NCBI GenBank assembly: GCA_964639885.1
Contig: CAZXEH010000005.1
Location: 16,278-80,277, forward strand
Direction: 5' to 3'
Length of the DNA: 64,000 nt
Origin: an uncultured Caldisericales bacterium
GTDB taxonomy: Bacteria; Caldisericota; Caldisericia; JAAYUI01
The position numbers and the translations under genes were made by a program. Below, in pieces: positions 47,555-57,930 of the stretch. The stretch's first letter is position 1. Each line of letters begins with the position of its first letter. The notes below the pieces were generated by a model. That model was not told where the DNA came from and made no database searches. It saw only the letters and a program-made list of their open reading frames with translations.

Positions 47555-48049
47555 TTATTTCAAATCTATTGTGACCTTTGGCTGTTCCCTTACGCCAAGG
47601 TTCTCCAGAACCAGCTTCATTCCTTCAAACTTTAGGGTCATGTCACCGGTAACCTTGAAAAACACGTCGCCAGTCACTGTTTCATTCTTCTTTGCATCAA
47701 CCTTATCCAATGCTCCTTCAACAAAGAGCTCATATGGCGACACGGTTCCGGTTGCATCAACAAGGCTCGGGTTGAGCATTCCAAGCATGAAAATCCTGTC
47801 GTCGCCGGAATCGTTTCTGAATGTCAGGTTTACTTTTACAAAAACCTTGCCATCTTCCGTTACCTTTGATCCATTGACCATGATCGAATCGACAACCGTC
47901 TGGCCATTTACCAGCGCAGACCAATCGCCGACAGCAACAAATTCTTTTGGTGGAAGCGAATTTTCATCCGAACCCGGTGGTTCGGCACCACATCCAGCAA
48001 ACCCAGCAACCAAAACAACAAGCACCATGATGGCGGCTATTCTTTTCAA
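47555..48049 (-). CDS. Small lipoprotein, paralogue of 47007..47537
   Basis: Start moved to the TTG at 48047-48049 (GGAGG RBS 6 nt upstream), giving (M)KRIAAIMVLVVLVAGFAGCG. The track's longer N-terminus has no RBS. Confidence 0.5.
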   Translation of the reverse strand: MKRIAAIMVLVVLVAGFAGCGAEPPGSDENSLPPKEFVAVGDWSALVNGQTVVDSIMVNGSKVTEDGKVFVKVNLTFRNDSGDDRIFMLGMLNPSLVDATGTVSPYELFVEGALDKVDAKKNETVTGDVFFKVTGDMTLKFEGMKLVLENLGVREQPKVTIDLK

Positions 48050-48105
48050 AGCATACCTCCTTGATGAATAAAATGTTAATTTATTTAACAAAAATAAGCA
48101 AACGG

Positions 48106-48134
48106 TTGACAAGTCTACAATTGCAAATTACTAT
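48106..48134 (+). promoter_or_regulatory. Sigma70-like promoter TTGACA-17-TACTAT
   Basis: Read directly. Lies 20 nt upstream of the GGAGG RBS and ATG at 48155. Confidence 0.5.
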
Positions 48135-48154
48135 CATTTACAAATGGAGGAGCA

Positions 48155-48607
48155 ATGACAGACGAAGAAAAAAAGATGCACCACACGATGGGTGTCGACT
48201 ATTTCAACACCACATGGACATTTATCGACAAAACCGACAGAACAGCCGATGACGACTACCAGATGATCCTCTATGCCCAGGCATCGCGTTTTCACTGGGG
48301 ATTCGTTGGCACACCGGTTGAATTTCAGGCAGGCGACTGGCTCATCTCCAAGGTCTACTACATCCTTGGCCACAAGGAGGAGTGCATGTACGCTGCAAAG
48401 CGTTGCCTCGATATCTGCGAGAAAGAAAATATCGGTGGATTCAACATTGCATTCGCACACGAGAGCATGGCACGAGCATGCAAGCTAAACGGCGATAATG
48501 AAGTCTTCAAGAAACACCAGGCAATCGCAATGGAAAAAGCAAAACTTGTTGAGGACAAGGACGACAGGGAGTACACAATCTCGGAGATTGAAAAGAACAA
48601 CGGCTGA
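48155..48607 (+). CDS. Hypothetical cytoplasmic protein (150 aa)
   Basis: Has a strong promoter and RBS. No motif recognised. Confidence 0.45.
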   Translation: MTDEEKKMHHTMGVDYFNTTWTFIDKTDRTADDDYQMILYAQASRFHWGFVGTPVEFQAGDWLISKVYYILGHKEECMYAAKRCLDICEKENIGGFNIAFAHESMARACKLNGDNEVFKKHQAIAMEKAKLVEDKDDREYTISEIEKNNG

Positions 48608-48609
48608 GG

Positions 48610-49728
48610 TCAGTCGCCCAACACCTTCACAGTCAGGCTGAATTTTCCAAACCTTGAGGTCAGGAAAGCTGCAGTGGCCGATTTGTAATCAAGAAGATGC
48701 TGATCGCCAGGGTCGAGGCTAATCGGGAATGACCAGCCTCTGGAGAAATCGTAAGCCCAGATGTCGACTCCCTTGTCGTAGTAGTCACGCTTGTCGCTCC
48801 AGATGGCAATCGGCCAGTGAAGTTCAAGATTTTCCTTTTCAGTCAGCGGAATCCTCGATACCAGTTCAGGCTTCATGTCAACACCGGAAAGGGTTACAAG
48901 CATTATCTTGCAATCGATTGTCCAGGACAGCGGCTCAAGCAGATAGGCGAGATGCCCGTCAGAAATTGATGCGCCTGTCACATCCTCGGTCGAAGTGTCA
49001 ACAGGTATTTCCAGTTTTTCGACGATGTCGTAAACAAAAAGATCACGGTCTGGCCTGAATCCGTATCTTCCAATAATTGAAACAAACCTGCCATCGATGG
49101 CTGTGCAATACTGGTCACCTGGCTCAACGCAGATTCCTTCGGACTTTCCGGAGGGAAAATCGTACATCCACACGTCCAGATCGGTCTGGTCATCCTGCTG
49201 TGTCCAGAAAACCTTTGTGCTGTTTGCAAGAATGTGGGTCGGCTTCTCAAAAGACTCGGCCCTGACCAATGTTTTCTTGCCTGTTGTCAGATTGTGGCAC
49301 CAGATTGTGAACCTGCCCGAATCTTCACAAACCCAGACCACAATGTCACCGTAAACCCAAAATCTGCTTTCGTCACCAGGAAGGTTTGAGATGACGGACT
49401 TGTTGCCTTCGAGGTCGGTCATCGCAAGATCGGCCTGCGTTTCCCAGCCATTCTTGACACAATATATGATTTTGCCACCGGCAAAGACTGGAGAGGTCTC
49501 AACCGTGCTTGTGTCGGTAATCCTTTTTTCATCACCTGTAGATGTGTCCAGCATCCAAAGGTCTGCCTGACCATCGATGGGTCTGCCAAAAACGACCGTG
49601 GAGCCAGAGATTGAAGCATGTACCGGTCTTGGAAAATCGCCGTAGGTGGTGACGGGATCGACAGCATTTACACCAGAAAGACCGGCTATAACAACGATAA
49701 AAACTGCGGCAAGAAATATCTTCTTCAT
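48610..49728 (-). CDS. Secreted TolB-like (PD40/WD40-type) beta-propeller protein
   Basis: Signal peptide MKKIFLAAVFIVVIAGLSG from the internal ATG. Repeated D-x-W blades. Confidence 0.5.
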   Translation of the reverse strand: MKKIFLAAVFIVVIAGLSGVNAVDPVTTYGDFPRPVHASISGSTVVFGRPIDGQADLWMLDTSTGDEKRITDTSTVETSPVFAGGKIIYCVKNGWETQADLAMTDLEGNKSVISNLPGDESRFWVYGDIVVWVCEDSGRFTIWCHNLTTGKKTLVRAESFEKPTHILANSTKVFWTQQDDQTDLDVWMYDFPSGKSEGICVEPGDQYCTAIDGRFVSIIGRYGFRPDRDLFVYDIVEKLEIPVDTSTEDVTGASISDGHLAYLLEPLSWTIDCKIMLVTLSGVDMKPELVSRIPLTEKENLELHWPIAIWSDKRDYYDKGVDIWAYDFSRGWSFPISLDPGDQHLLDYKSATAAFLTSRFGKFSLTVKVLGD

Positions 49729-49753
49729 TCGTTCCTCCATTGCCAATGCTGGT

Positions 49754-52231
49754 TCAAAGCGGATCCCAGATGATGGTTATTTTCTTCAAAACCTTGTCCC
49801 AATTTACCTTTGCACCGAACGGCTCCGAGATAAACCTGAGCGGAACATAGGTTCTTCCTTTAATGATGATCGGCGGCGAATCAAGCGTTTTCTCATCATC
49901 ATTGACCTTGGCAATATTTTTGCCCTTCCAAAGCCTGATCGTGATGTCGTTTCTTATGATTGTGACCTTGCCTTCTTTTGCATCCCAGTCGACTTTGCAG
50001 CCAAACGATTCAGAAACAAAACGAATCGGCACCATTGTTCGTCCATTTATTATCCGAGCAGGTGCATCCATTTTCACCGGCATTTTGTTAAGCAGCGCCA
50101 AATCGGAATCAATCGTCAACTCAAGCACAATCCCACTTTGAGTCTCTATGAAGACAGGAACAGATGTATACGTACAATATCCTTTGTCATCAGCAATCAC
50201 AATTGCACCGGTGAAATTCTCGCCTTTTGGAAGCGAGGAGGAGGCAATGGTAACAAAGATTTCTTTTGAACCAATCCCAGTTTCAAACTCGTTTTCCGAC
50301 AACTGCATCCAGGCATTGCTTGGCACAAGCTTCAATTTTGTTTTCCTGGTCGTATTGATGACGAACTTCATCTGCTTTGAAGTTCCACGGTCGACAAAAC
50401 CAAAATCGAGCTTTGCCGGTTCAGCTGAGAAGCAATCGAACCTTTCTACTGAAACTGTGACATTTACGGGAATTTCAAGGGTGCCACTCTCGTATGTAGC
50501 GGTTATCGACGTAGTGAAAACATCGCCTGGGTCAAGATTTTCTGTTGCCAGCACCACATCAATATCATCATTGTCGCCAGCATTCATCTGGATCGTCTGC
50601 TTCGAAACCGTTATCCTTGGATCGTTTGATCTCAGCTCAACCTTGAGATTTTTTACAGTTGAACAGGTCAGACGAACAGCCTGCTTTTGCTTTGAACCAA
50701 CCGCCACGTTCCTGAATTCGACAGGAGAAGGTTTTGCTTTCAAGAACTTCATGATGTTTATCTCAGCCTTTGCCGTCAACTCGCCAATCATGCACTTGAG
50801 ATTGCACTGACCTTCCTTTATTGCAGTGAATGCTCCTTTTGTGTCAATTTCACCAAGATCGCAATCGGTTTCCCAGACGATGTTTTCCGTTTCAAGAGGG
50901 TTTCCGTTTGCGTCAAACACTTTTGCTTCAAACTTCTGAACCTGGCCTGGTTCGAGGTAGACAACCTGAGGAGTGACCGTTATCCTTGCTGGTTTAACGA
51001 TGCCTGATCCAGGGGTACCTGCATCACCAAGGTCGGTCAGTTCTGGATATGTTGGTTTTATCAGCTTGAAGCAGTAGATTGTGTTGTCTCCCATCAGATA
51101 AATCCTGTCTCGGTCGATTGTTGTTGGCAATGTAGGTGACTTTACGGGGTAACTCCATAGTTTTTTTCCGGTTGCAAGGTCGGCGCATGCAACTTCAGTG
51201 TTGTTGACGGTAAACACATAATCATCTGTCATTGTTGCTGAGAAACCAAGCTCATCGCTTGACCACACCACCTTACCCGTTTCAACATCCAGACATTTGA
51301 AGCCAGCCAGAGTGTCGCAAACCCAGTATTTATCATTAACTGTCACATAGTCGTAGTACTCACCTCTTTTTTGGGTTGAATACTTCCAGATAATTTCGCC
51401 AGTCTGAAGATTGAGGCAGACAAGATCAAAGTTGTTGTCCTTCACTTGCGCAATTGCGTAGACTTTTCCGTTCCTGATTGCCGGCGTGTACACTTTGTCG
51501 CCAAGATTGGCAGTCCAGAGGATGTTTTCAGGAGAAGAGGTCTTAGTGATGTCAAAACAGTAGAGTTTTCCTGAATCGGCGCCAATGCACATGTAATTAT
51601 CTGAAAACACCGGTGCGCCAAACATTCTGCCAATCCGATCGTACGTCCAGATAATTTTGCTGGTGTAAGAATCGATGCAGGTGAAAAAACATTTCTTGGA
51701 GTTCAAAATATTTGGGGAGTCGCTGAAATTAAGATACAGACGGTTTCGGTAGACAATTGGATGACTGTCGATGAATCCTGTAAGTTTTTTCGACCATATA
51801 AGGTTTTTTGTGTTGAAGTCGATGCACTCTACGCTGCCTGACTCGAGGCTGACATAGAGCCTGCCATTGTCATAACAGGGTGTTTTCATAGGACTCTTCA
51901 GGTCGTATGTCCAAAGGAGCTTGCCGTTTTTGTCAGGCGGATTGGCAAGAAAACTGTAGAGTTTGCCAGAATAACCATAGGCAATGATTCTGTTGCCAAT
52001 CAGGAGGATTTTTCTCAAAAGCAGATAGTCATTGAGGTCATAAGTCCATTCAAGCTCATACTGGCTTGATTTTGGCGAACATTCAGGTGGAACCCAGTGG
52101 CAAGAATCAGGCGTTCTTCCCCACATCGGCCAACCAATACAGCTTTCTTCGGACTTCATCGGCACCGGCATCCCCAGACCGGCAAAGGATAATGTACAAA
52201 CGAGCATCAGCAGTGCTAGACGTTTTCCCAT
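49754..52231 (-). CDS. Secreted PQQ-repeat beta-propeller protein with Ig-like domains and two C-terminal CAO-N-like domains
   Basis: Signal peptide. Multiple GKVYA, GKLYCF and IIWTY propeller repeats. C-terminal GRTMVPIRFVSESFGCKVDWD and GRTYVPLRFISEPFGAKVNWD. Confidence 0.7.
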   Translation of the reverse strand: MGKRLALLMLVCTLSFAGLGMPVPMKSEESCIGWPMWGRTPDSCHWVPPECSPKSSQYELEWTYDLNDYLLLRKILLIGNRIIAYGYSGKLYSFLANPPDKNGKLLWTYDLKSPMKTPCYDNGRLYVSLESGSVECIDFNTKNLIWSKKLTGFIDSHPIVYRNRLYLNFSDSPNILNSKKCFFTCIDSYTSKIIWTYDRIGRMFGAPVFSDNYMCIGADSGKLYCFDITKTSSPENILWTANLGDKVYTPAIRNGKVYAIAQVKDNNFDLVCLNLQTGEIIWKYSTQKRGEYYDYVTVNDKYWVCDTLAGFKCLDVETGKVVWSSDELGFSATMTDDYVFTVNNTEVACADLATGKKLWSYPVKSPTLPTTIDRDRIYLMGDNTIYCFKLIKPTYPELTDLGDAGTPGSGIVKPARITVTPQVVYLEPGQVQKFEAKVFDANGNPLETENIVWETDCDLGEIDTKGAFTAIKEGQCNLKCMIGELTAKAEINIMKFLKAKPSPVEFRNVAVGSKQKQAVRLTCSTVKNLKVELRSNDPRITVSKQTIQMNAGDNDDIDVVLATENLDPGDVFTTSITATYESGTLEIPVNVTVSVERFDCFSAEPAKLDFGFVDRGTSKQMKFVINTTRKTKLKLVPSNAWMQLSENEFETGIGSKEIFVTIASSSLPKGENFTGAIVIADDKGYCTYTSVPVFIETQSGIVLELTIDSDLALLNKMPVKMDAPARIINGRTMVPIRFVSESFGCKVDWDAKEGKVTIIRNDITIRLWKGKNIAKVNDDEKTLDSPPIIIKGRTYVPLRFISEPFGAKVNWDKVLKKITIIWDPL

Positions 52232-52390
52232 AGTGTGAGATTATACCAAAAAACAAACTGATTCAAAGCTTCCGTGTTATCTTGGCGCTTCAGCCTTCTT
52301 ATATTTAACCTCATGCCCGTTTACATAAACCACGCATAAATCTTGTTCAGTCAGATCGTTGTTTCAATCTATTACACATATATTGTGCCT

Positions 52391-54079
52391 TCATTCCTTG
52401 AGAATGGGGAGAACAATGCATGAAAGGGTGTCCTTTCCGTATTTGACGGTGTTTGTGGCAACCAGAACCGTTTTGTCGGAATAGAGCTTGTCGCCATTGT
52501 TGAGATTTTTTTCAAAAATCGGGTAGCTGGCTGAACTGACTAAAACTCGAATTTTATGACCCTTTTTTATTGTCAAAGCAATGTTTTGAAGCTTGACATC
52601 GATCTGATAGGCAACATCGGGAGTCAACAGCTCTTCTTTTTCCAGAGAGTCCCGAAATCTTGCCCTTTGGATTCCCTCAGCCATCAGTACAGATTTTCCA
52701 TCTGGATAGACATCGCAGAATTTTACGGAAATGTCAGTGTCTTTCCGGTTTGAGGAGAAAAAAAGCCTTGCTTTGATCAGACCGTTGATCTTCAGATCAC
52801 CAGACAATGCCTGCGATGTGAAAACAAGCACGTCTTTCCTGGATTCAAGGGTTCTCTGATCCTGGGGTCCGGCAACAAGGTTTGGTTTGGATGGATCAAA
52901 ACGCTTTCCACCTCTCGATGGGGTGGGATCGCCGGGATCATAGGCGTATGAAATCGGTTTTGTGTCTGCTGTCGGCTTGTCAGCAGTAAGTGAATTGTTT
53001 GCATTTAAATAATACGAAACATCACTTCTTGGGATGCTGTCCCAGGATTTTGCATTTTCCCATGTCTCGTCACCCATCTGGTAGTATTGAACTGTCGGTG
53101 TTTCCTCCCACTTGTTCTTTTTGCCAAGCAGATAAAAGTCCATGAATTTAATTACCTGAGCGTCACCAAATCCTTCGGCGTTGGCAAAATTAAGGATTCC
53201 TTGCTCCTTCTCATTAAGATGGCCATGCTGCCATGGCCCAAAAACCAGCTTGTGCAGCCTCTTGACCTTGGCATCGCTCCTGGTCTGGATGTCGGCAAAA
53301 GCCCTTAGCACAAGATCTGGATAAAGATCAAACCACCCGCTTATCATGAGCATGGGCACTTTTACTTTTGAAGATATGTCGGATTTGTTTTCGACAGTTT
53401 TCCAGAATTGGTTGTAAATCGGTTGTGCAAGAATGTCGGAAACCTTGAAGAAATCGAGTTTCTGCAAGCTTTCGGTCTGTTCCTTGCGGAACTCTCCGCC
53501 AAAATAAAACTCTTCGTATGCCACCTTGAAATCCTTGACCATGGGCACAGCACACACTAGATGTGGAGGGTTGTATGACGCAGTCTTGAATTGGACATCA
53601 CCGAGGGCTGAACCTCCATACGTTCCGATCTTTGCGTTTGACCAGGATTGCTTGGCAATCCATTCAACGGCATCATATCCATCCTTACCTGTGTTTGATT
53701 TAGCAGACTGTGCCGGTTTCGAGGCAAACCTGCCCCTCCAATCCAGAATTACGACGTTATAATCAGAGACACTGAACGGAATTCTCATCTTGAATTGCGT
53801 CCAGTACATGCTTTTGTCGTATGGTGTCTGAATAAGGATTGTTGGCTTTTTGGTTTTTGTGTCGGTTGAGTAAAGGTCGGCTGCAAGCTTCTTGCCATCC
53901 CTCATCTGTATGTCAATGGCCAACCTTTGATATGTCTCGACTTGTGCACTTTCCAAAACATTATGCTTATTCAGAAACTCCATAGATGCATTAGTGGCAT
54001 TGACGCCGGCTCCAGAAGCCGGAAACGAAATAACAAATGTCAGAAATAACATCAACAACTTGCCAAGTCGAGCCATCAT
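52391..54079 (-). CDS. CocE/NonD-family hydrolase (S15 X-Pro dipeptidyl-peptidase-like)
   Basis: Signal peptide. Alpha/beta-hydrolase region with IGTYGGSALG in the nucleophile-elbow position. About 560 aa, typical size. Confidence 0.65.
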   Translation of the reverse strand: MMARLGKLLMLFLTFVISFPASGAGVNATNASMEFLNKHNVLESAQVETYQRLAIDIQMRDGKKLAADLYSTDTKTKKPTILIQTPYDKSMYWTQFKMRIPFSVSDYNVVILDWRGRFASKPAQSAKSNTGKDGYDAVEWIAKQSWSNAKIGTYGGSALGDVQFKTASYNPPHLVCAVPMVKDFKVAYEEFYFGGEFRKEQTESLQKLDFFKVSDILAQPIYNQFWKTVENKSDISSKVKVPMLMISGWFDLYPDLVLRAFADIQTRSDAKVKRLHKLVFGPWQHGHLNEKEQGILNFANAEGFGDAQVIKFMDFYLLGKKNKWEETPTVQYYQMGDETWENAKSWDSIPRSDVSYYLNANNSLTADKPTADTKPISYAYDPGDPTPSRGGKRFDPSKPNLVAGPQDQRTLESRKDVLVFTSQALSGDLKINGLIKARLFFSSNRKDTDISVKFCDVYPDGKSVLMAEGIQRARFRDSLEKEELLTPDVAYQIDVKLQNIALTIKKGHKIRVLVSSASYPIFEKNLNNGDKLYSDKTVLVATNTVKYGKDTLSCIVLPILKE

Positions 54080-54225
54080 ATAAGACCTCCTGATTTAAAA
54101 TATAAGTACGCATAAAGATTTGCTTTTGTCAGCTTCGGACTGATAAATTGCACTGACACAATAAAACATTGGTTTCCTGAAAAATGTATGCTCCAAAATA
54201 GATTTGTGTCATTACATGAGTAAAA

Positions 54226-54262
54226 TTAAAACCCCCGATGCTAAGCACCGGGGGTTTGTGGG
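54226..54262 (-). terminator. Rho-independent terminator after rplL
   Basis: Stem aaacccccg / cgggggttt with a T-run on the minus strand. Confidence 0.55.
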
Positions 54263-54285
54263 TACAAAAGTTGATTTGGGTTTGC

Positions 54286-54663
54286 TTACTTAATATCGAC
54301 GGTTGCGCCGACTGCAACGAGCTTACCCTTGATTTCTTCAGCTTCGTCCTTGGAAACTTTTGTCTTGACTGGCTTCGGGGCTGCATCAACGAGCGCCTTT
54401 GCTTCTGAGAGACCAAGGCCTGAGATGTCCTTGACGACCTTGATGACCTGGACCTTCTGCTGTCCAACTTCGGTAATGATTACGTCGAACTCAGTCTGTT
54501 CCTTTTCTTCTGCCGGTGCTGCTCCGCCCATTGGCATCATGCCGCCCATCATAACCGGGGCTGCTGCTGAAACGTCGAACTTCTCTTCGATCATCTTGAC
54601 CAGCTGGGAGAGTTCGAGCACTGTCATCTTTTCAATTGCTTCAAGAATTTCTTCTTTTGTCAT
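54286..54663 (-). CDS. rplL: 50S ribosomal protein L7/L12
   Basis: [23 protein letters not shown]... plus a conserved C-terminal domain. Confidence 0.9.
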   Translation of the reverse strand: MTKEEILEAIEKMTVLELSQLVKMIEEKFDVSAAAPVMMGGMMPMGGAAPAEEKEQTEFDVIITEVGQQKVQVIKVVKDISGLGLSEAKALVDAAPKPVKTKVSKDEAEEIKGKLVAVGATVDIK

Positions 54664-54693
54664 TTTATTTGTTTCTCCTTTTTAGTTTTTGCT

Positions 54694-55284
54694 TCATGCT
54701 GCTTCAGCTGGCGTTTCAGCTGGCTGTTCCGGTGTAGATTCCGGTGCTGGCGGCGGTGTGCCTTCGCCCTTCTTGTCTGCATAAGCCTTGACCACTCTGG
54801 CAAATCCTACGATTGTACCATTGAGTGCACGTGCAAAGCTTGAGATTGGTGCCTGGAATGTTGCTGCAACCATGCCAAGCATCTCCTGGCGGGTTGGCAG
54901 TGTTGCAAGAGCCTTTGCTCCAGCCTCGTTAAGCACCTGTCCTTCTGAGTAAGCTGCCTTGATCTTGAAGAACTTCGAGTACTTCTTTGCAATCTCCTGA
55001 ATGGTTTTTGCTGCCACCGGAGCTTCTGTTGCGAAAGCAAATGCTGACGGCCCTTTGAGGAACTTCTTCAGATCGTTTTCAACTCCGTTTTCACGGGCGA
55101 TGATCTGCATGAGTGTGTTCTTGTAGACTGTAAGTGTGACGCCTGCTTTTCTGCACTGTCTTCTGGCATCGGTGATCGGTGCCGCCGGCATGAGCTGAGT
55201 GTCAACAATTACGAATCCACCGGACTGCTTCCAGAGATTCCTGATTTCTTCAAGCTGCTGTGTCTTTTCTGCTTTTGTTTTCAA
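54694..55284 (-). CDS. rplJ: 50S ribosomal protein L10
   Basis: Start moved to the TTG at 55282-55284 (AAGGAGG RBS 6 nt upstream), giving (M)KTKAEKTQQLEEIR. The ORF track's GTG at 55320 lies upstream of the RBS. The C-terminus has an unusual P/E/T-rich tail. Confidence 0.85.
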   Translation of the reverse strand: MKTKAEKTQQLEEIRNLWKQSGGFVIVDTQLMPAAPITDARRQCRKAGVTLTVYKNTLMQIIARENGVENDLKKFLKGPSAFAFATEAPVAAKTIQEIAKKYSKFFKIKAAYSEGQVLNEAGAKALATLPTRQEMLGMVAATFQAPISSFARALNGTIVGFARVVKAYADKKGEGTPPPAPESTPEQPAETPAEAA

Positions 55285-55470
55285 ATGAATCCTCCTTTCC
55301 AATAAAAATGGCCCCACCACAAAACAAAGGCAGGGCCAAAGATTTTTCTATCTGTCCATATCCTTTGCCTGGGCGGGCGGTTCGACCTTTAAAGTCTCAC
55401 GGTTTCCCGTGATTTACCTGCTGTCTGTGGCAACGATTCAATTCAAGGTTCGGTTGCTTGTGATTTTGGT

Positions 55471-56181
55471 TTACGAAAGTTTTGAAATCTGCGATGAGAC
55501 CTTGTTTACATCCATCGGGATGCCAGGGCTCATTGTAAGGCTCATGCTCATTGATTCGATGTATGTACCCTTCAGTGATGCCGGTCTGGCCTTGAGAACT
55601 GCCTGCATGTAGGCAACGAAGTTCTTCTTGAGGGCTTCCTTGTCAAATCCGATCTTGCCGATTGGAACGTTCATGTCTGCGAACTTGCTGACACGGTATT
55701 CGATCTTACCGGCCTTGAACTCGGCAATGGCGTTTGCAAGATCCATTGTGACTGTTCCGGTCTTCGGGTTTGGCATGAGGCCTTTTGGACCAAGGACTTT
55801 ACCGAGCTTTGAAACGGTGCCCATCATGTCCGGGGTGGCCATTGCAAGATCAAACTCAAACCATCCACCCGCGATCTTGTCAACAAGATCCTGGTCACCG
55901 ACAGCATCTGCACCTGCAGCTCTTGCTTCCTGAGCTTTTTCGCCTTTTGCAAATACTGCGATTCTTACAGTCTTTCCTGTTCCTGACGGAAGTGCGACTG
56001 AGCCACGGATGTACTGGTCAGCCTGCTTCGGATCGACTCCGAGCTTGAGGGTGACTTCGACAGTCTCTTCAAACTTTGCCGACTTCATCTTGTAGATGAG
56101 GTCGAGGGCTTCGTCCATGTCGTACTTTTTGTCTTTGACAAGGTTCTTTGCGAGCTTCTGGTAACGTTTGCTGATTCTCAT
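55471..56181 (-). CDS. rplA: 50S ribosomal protein L1
   Basis: Start at the ATG 56179-56181 (GGAGG RBS), giving [10 protein letters not shown]... Confidence 0.9.
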   Translation of the reverse strand: MRISKRYQKLAKNLVKDKKYDMDEALDLIYKMKSAKFEETVEVTLKLGVDPKQADQYIRGSVALPSGTGKTVRIAVFAKGEKAQEARAAGADAVGDQDLVDKIAGGWFEFDLAMATPDMMGTVSKLGKVLGPKGLMPNPKTGTVTMDLANAIAEFKAGKIEYRVSKFADMNVPIGKIGFDKEALKKNFVAYMQAVLKARPASLKGTYIESMSMSLTMSPGIPMDVNKVSSQISKLS

Positions 56182-56259
56182 GTTTCCTCCTTGCGGTGCT
56201 GGCGGATTCCCTGATTTTCCAGGCAATCCTTCCGCATTAGCGCCATTGCTGGCGTTTTA

Positions 56260-56691
56260 TCAATTGCCTTCGACGTCAACGCCCATTGAGCGGGCTGTAC
56301 CTGCAACCATCGACTTTGCTGCTTCGAGGGTGTCGCAGTTGATGTCCGGCATTTTGATCTTTGCAATCTCTTCAACCTGTGAGGCTGAGAGCTTTCCGAC
56401 CTTCTTCTTGTTCGGTTCGCCTGATCCTGACGGGATCTTGATGGCTTTCTTGATGAGGTCGGAGACTGGCGGTGTCTTGAGGACGAAATCAAACGATCTG
56501 TCCGAGTAAACGTTGATGATTACCGGAATGATTGAATCGCCTTTGTCTTTTGTCTTGTCGTTGAACTCCTTGCAAAACTGCATGATGTTGACGCCACGCT
56601 GACCTAGTGCCGGGCCAACCGGTGGTGCCGGGTTTGCTTTGCCGGCAAGTATCTGAAGTTTTACCTGAGCTTCCACTTTTTTTGCTGCCAT
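56260..56691 (-). CDS. rplK: 50S ribosomal protein L11
   Basis: [31 protein letters not shown]. Confidence 0.9.
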   Translation of the reverse strand: MAAKKVEAQVKLQILAGKANPAPPVGPALGQRGVNIMQFCKEFNDKTKDKGDSIIPVIINVYSDRSFDFVLKTPPVSDLIKKAIKIPSGSGEPNKKKVGKLSASQVEEIAKIKMPDINCDTLEAAKSMVAGTARSMGVDVEGN

Positions 56692-56702
56692 GTTGTTGCT
56701 CC

Positions 56703-57236
56703 TTAAATGAGTTCTATGTTGACGAAGTCAAGCTCAACTGGCATTTCACGGCCAAACATTGAAAGCCTGACTTTTGTCTTCTCTTTTTCTTCGTTGATTG
56801 ACTCGACGACACCGATCATTTCATTGAACGGGCCACCGACAACCCTGATGCTGTCGCCAACGTGGAAGTTGAGCGAGGCTTTTGCCTCTTCAAGTCCTAC
56901 GCGCTTGAGCATCTGCTTGACTTCATCCTCGTCCAACGGGAGCGGTTTTCCGCCCGAACCGACGAAACCTATTACACCGGGTGTGTTCCTGACAACGTAC
57001 CATGACTGGTCGGTCATGATCATTTCAACAAGAACATAACCAGGATAGACTTTTTCAGGAAGAACCTGCCGCTTGCCGTCTTTGAGCTTTACCTGGTAGT
57101 CAACCGGCACTTCAACCCTGAATATGAGGTCTTCCATGTTCATCGACTGAATGCGCTGAAGCAGGTTGATCTTTACCTTGTTCTCATATCCGGAGTAGGT
57201 GTGGAGGACATACCACTTTGGTTCTGGAAGCGACAT
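56703..57236 (-). CDS. nusG: Transcription termination/antitermination factor NusG
   Basis: NGN domain [11 protein letters not shown] plus a KOW domain. Conserved secE-nusG-rplK context. Confidence 0.9.
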   Translation of the reverse strand: MSLPEPKWYVLHTYSGYENKVKINLLQRIQSMNMEDLIFRVEVPVDYQVKLKDGKRQVLPEKVYPGYVLVEMIMTDQSWYVVRNTPGVIGFVGSGGKPLPLDEDEVKQMLKRVGLEEAKASLNFHVGDSIRVVGGPFNEMIGVVESINEEKEKTKVRLSMFGREMPVELDFVNIELI

Positions 57237-57253
57237 ATTTCCTTGCCTTTACC

Positions 57254-57727
57254 TCACGGGTTGCTCGGGGTGGCTGGAGGAGTGGTTGTTCCGCCGCCCG
57301 GCTGGGTTGTTGTTCCGCCCGGAATTGTAATCGGGGTGCCTGTTGCGCCAGGCGTGATTGGAATCGAGGACTCACCGTTCTGGTTTGTTGTTGTGTCGGT
57401 TGTGTCCGGATTCTTTCCGTATCCCGGTGTACCCTTGGCTTCTTCATCTGCCATGTACTTGTTGCGTTCTGCGGCAGTGTTGAACCTCTTGACCTGGTCA
57501 ATAGTGATCTTGCCGTCAGAGGCCTTCTTCAGAGCGACTGTGTCATAGTAGTCGTTGATGATGAAACTCTGGGCCGAGATGAAAACTGAGTCGAAGGCGT
57601 AAATGATCAATGCCCAAACCATGACAAAAACCAGAATGATGGTCACGGCTGTAACAAGCCTCTTGGCTGTCGGCCAGGTGACCTTCTGGGTCATTTCATA
57701 CCATACGTCCTTGAAAAATTTCATCAT
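57254..57727 (-). CDS. secE: Preprotein translocase subunit SecE with a roughly 90-aa Thr/Pro/Gly-rich C-terminal extension
   Basis: N-terminal MMKFFKDVWYEMTQKVTWP plus a single TM helix is typical SecE. The remainder is low-complexity T/P/G. Confidence 0.8.
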   Translation of the reverse strand: MMKFFKDVWYEMTQKVTWPTAKRLVTAVTIILVFVMVWALIIYAFDSVFISAQSFIINDYYDTVALKKASDGKITIDQVKRFNTAAERNKYMADEEAKGTPGYGKNPDTTDTTTNQNGESSIPITPGATGTPITIPGGTTTQPGGGTTTPPATPSNP

Positions 57728-57744
57728 GTCAATTCCTCTTTAAA

Positions 57745-57820
57745 TGGCAGGCCCAGAGGGACTTGAACCCCCAACAACTGGTTTTGGAGACCAGTGCTCT
57801 ACCAATTGAGCTATGGACCT
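57745..57820 (-). tRNA. tRNA-Trp (anticodon CCA)
   Basis: Reverse complement AGGTCCATAGCTCAATTGGTAGAGCACTGGTCTCCAAAACCAGTTGTTGGGGGTTCAAGTCCCTCTGGGCCTGCCA. The acceptor stem pairs and the anticodon loop is CUCCAAA. Canonical position upstream of secE. Confidence 0.85.
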
Positions 57821-57930
57821 GCGCCAAATACTATACCGAAGGATAGAGTTTATTCATGGTTCTGGCTCAGTCAAGGCGCACTTTTAAACAAAACTTGAAA
57901 TGTGAATCTGATTCTTGTAAGATATTTGCA

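Noticed and set aside
55320-55320. ORF-track GTG start for rplJ (MVGPFLLERRIH...)
   Set aside because: The AAGGAGG RBS lies inside that extension. A TTG 6 nt downstream of the RBS yields the conserved L10 N-terminus.
55285-55470. L10 (rplJ) autoregulatory leader between rplA and rplJ
   Set aside because: Position is right and the region is GC-rich with possible stems. I could not confirm the conserved L10-leader kink-turn structure by eye, so it is left uncalled.
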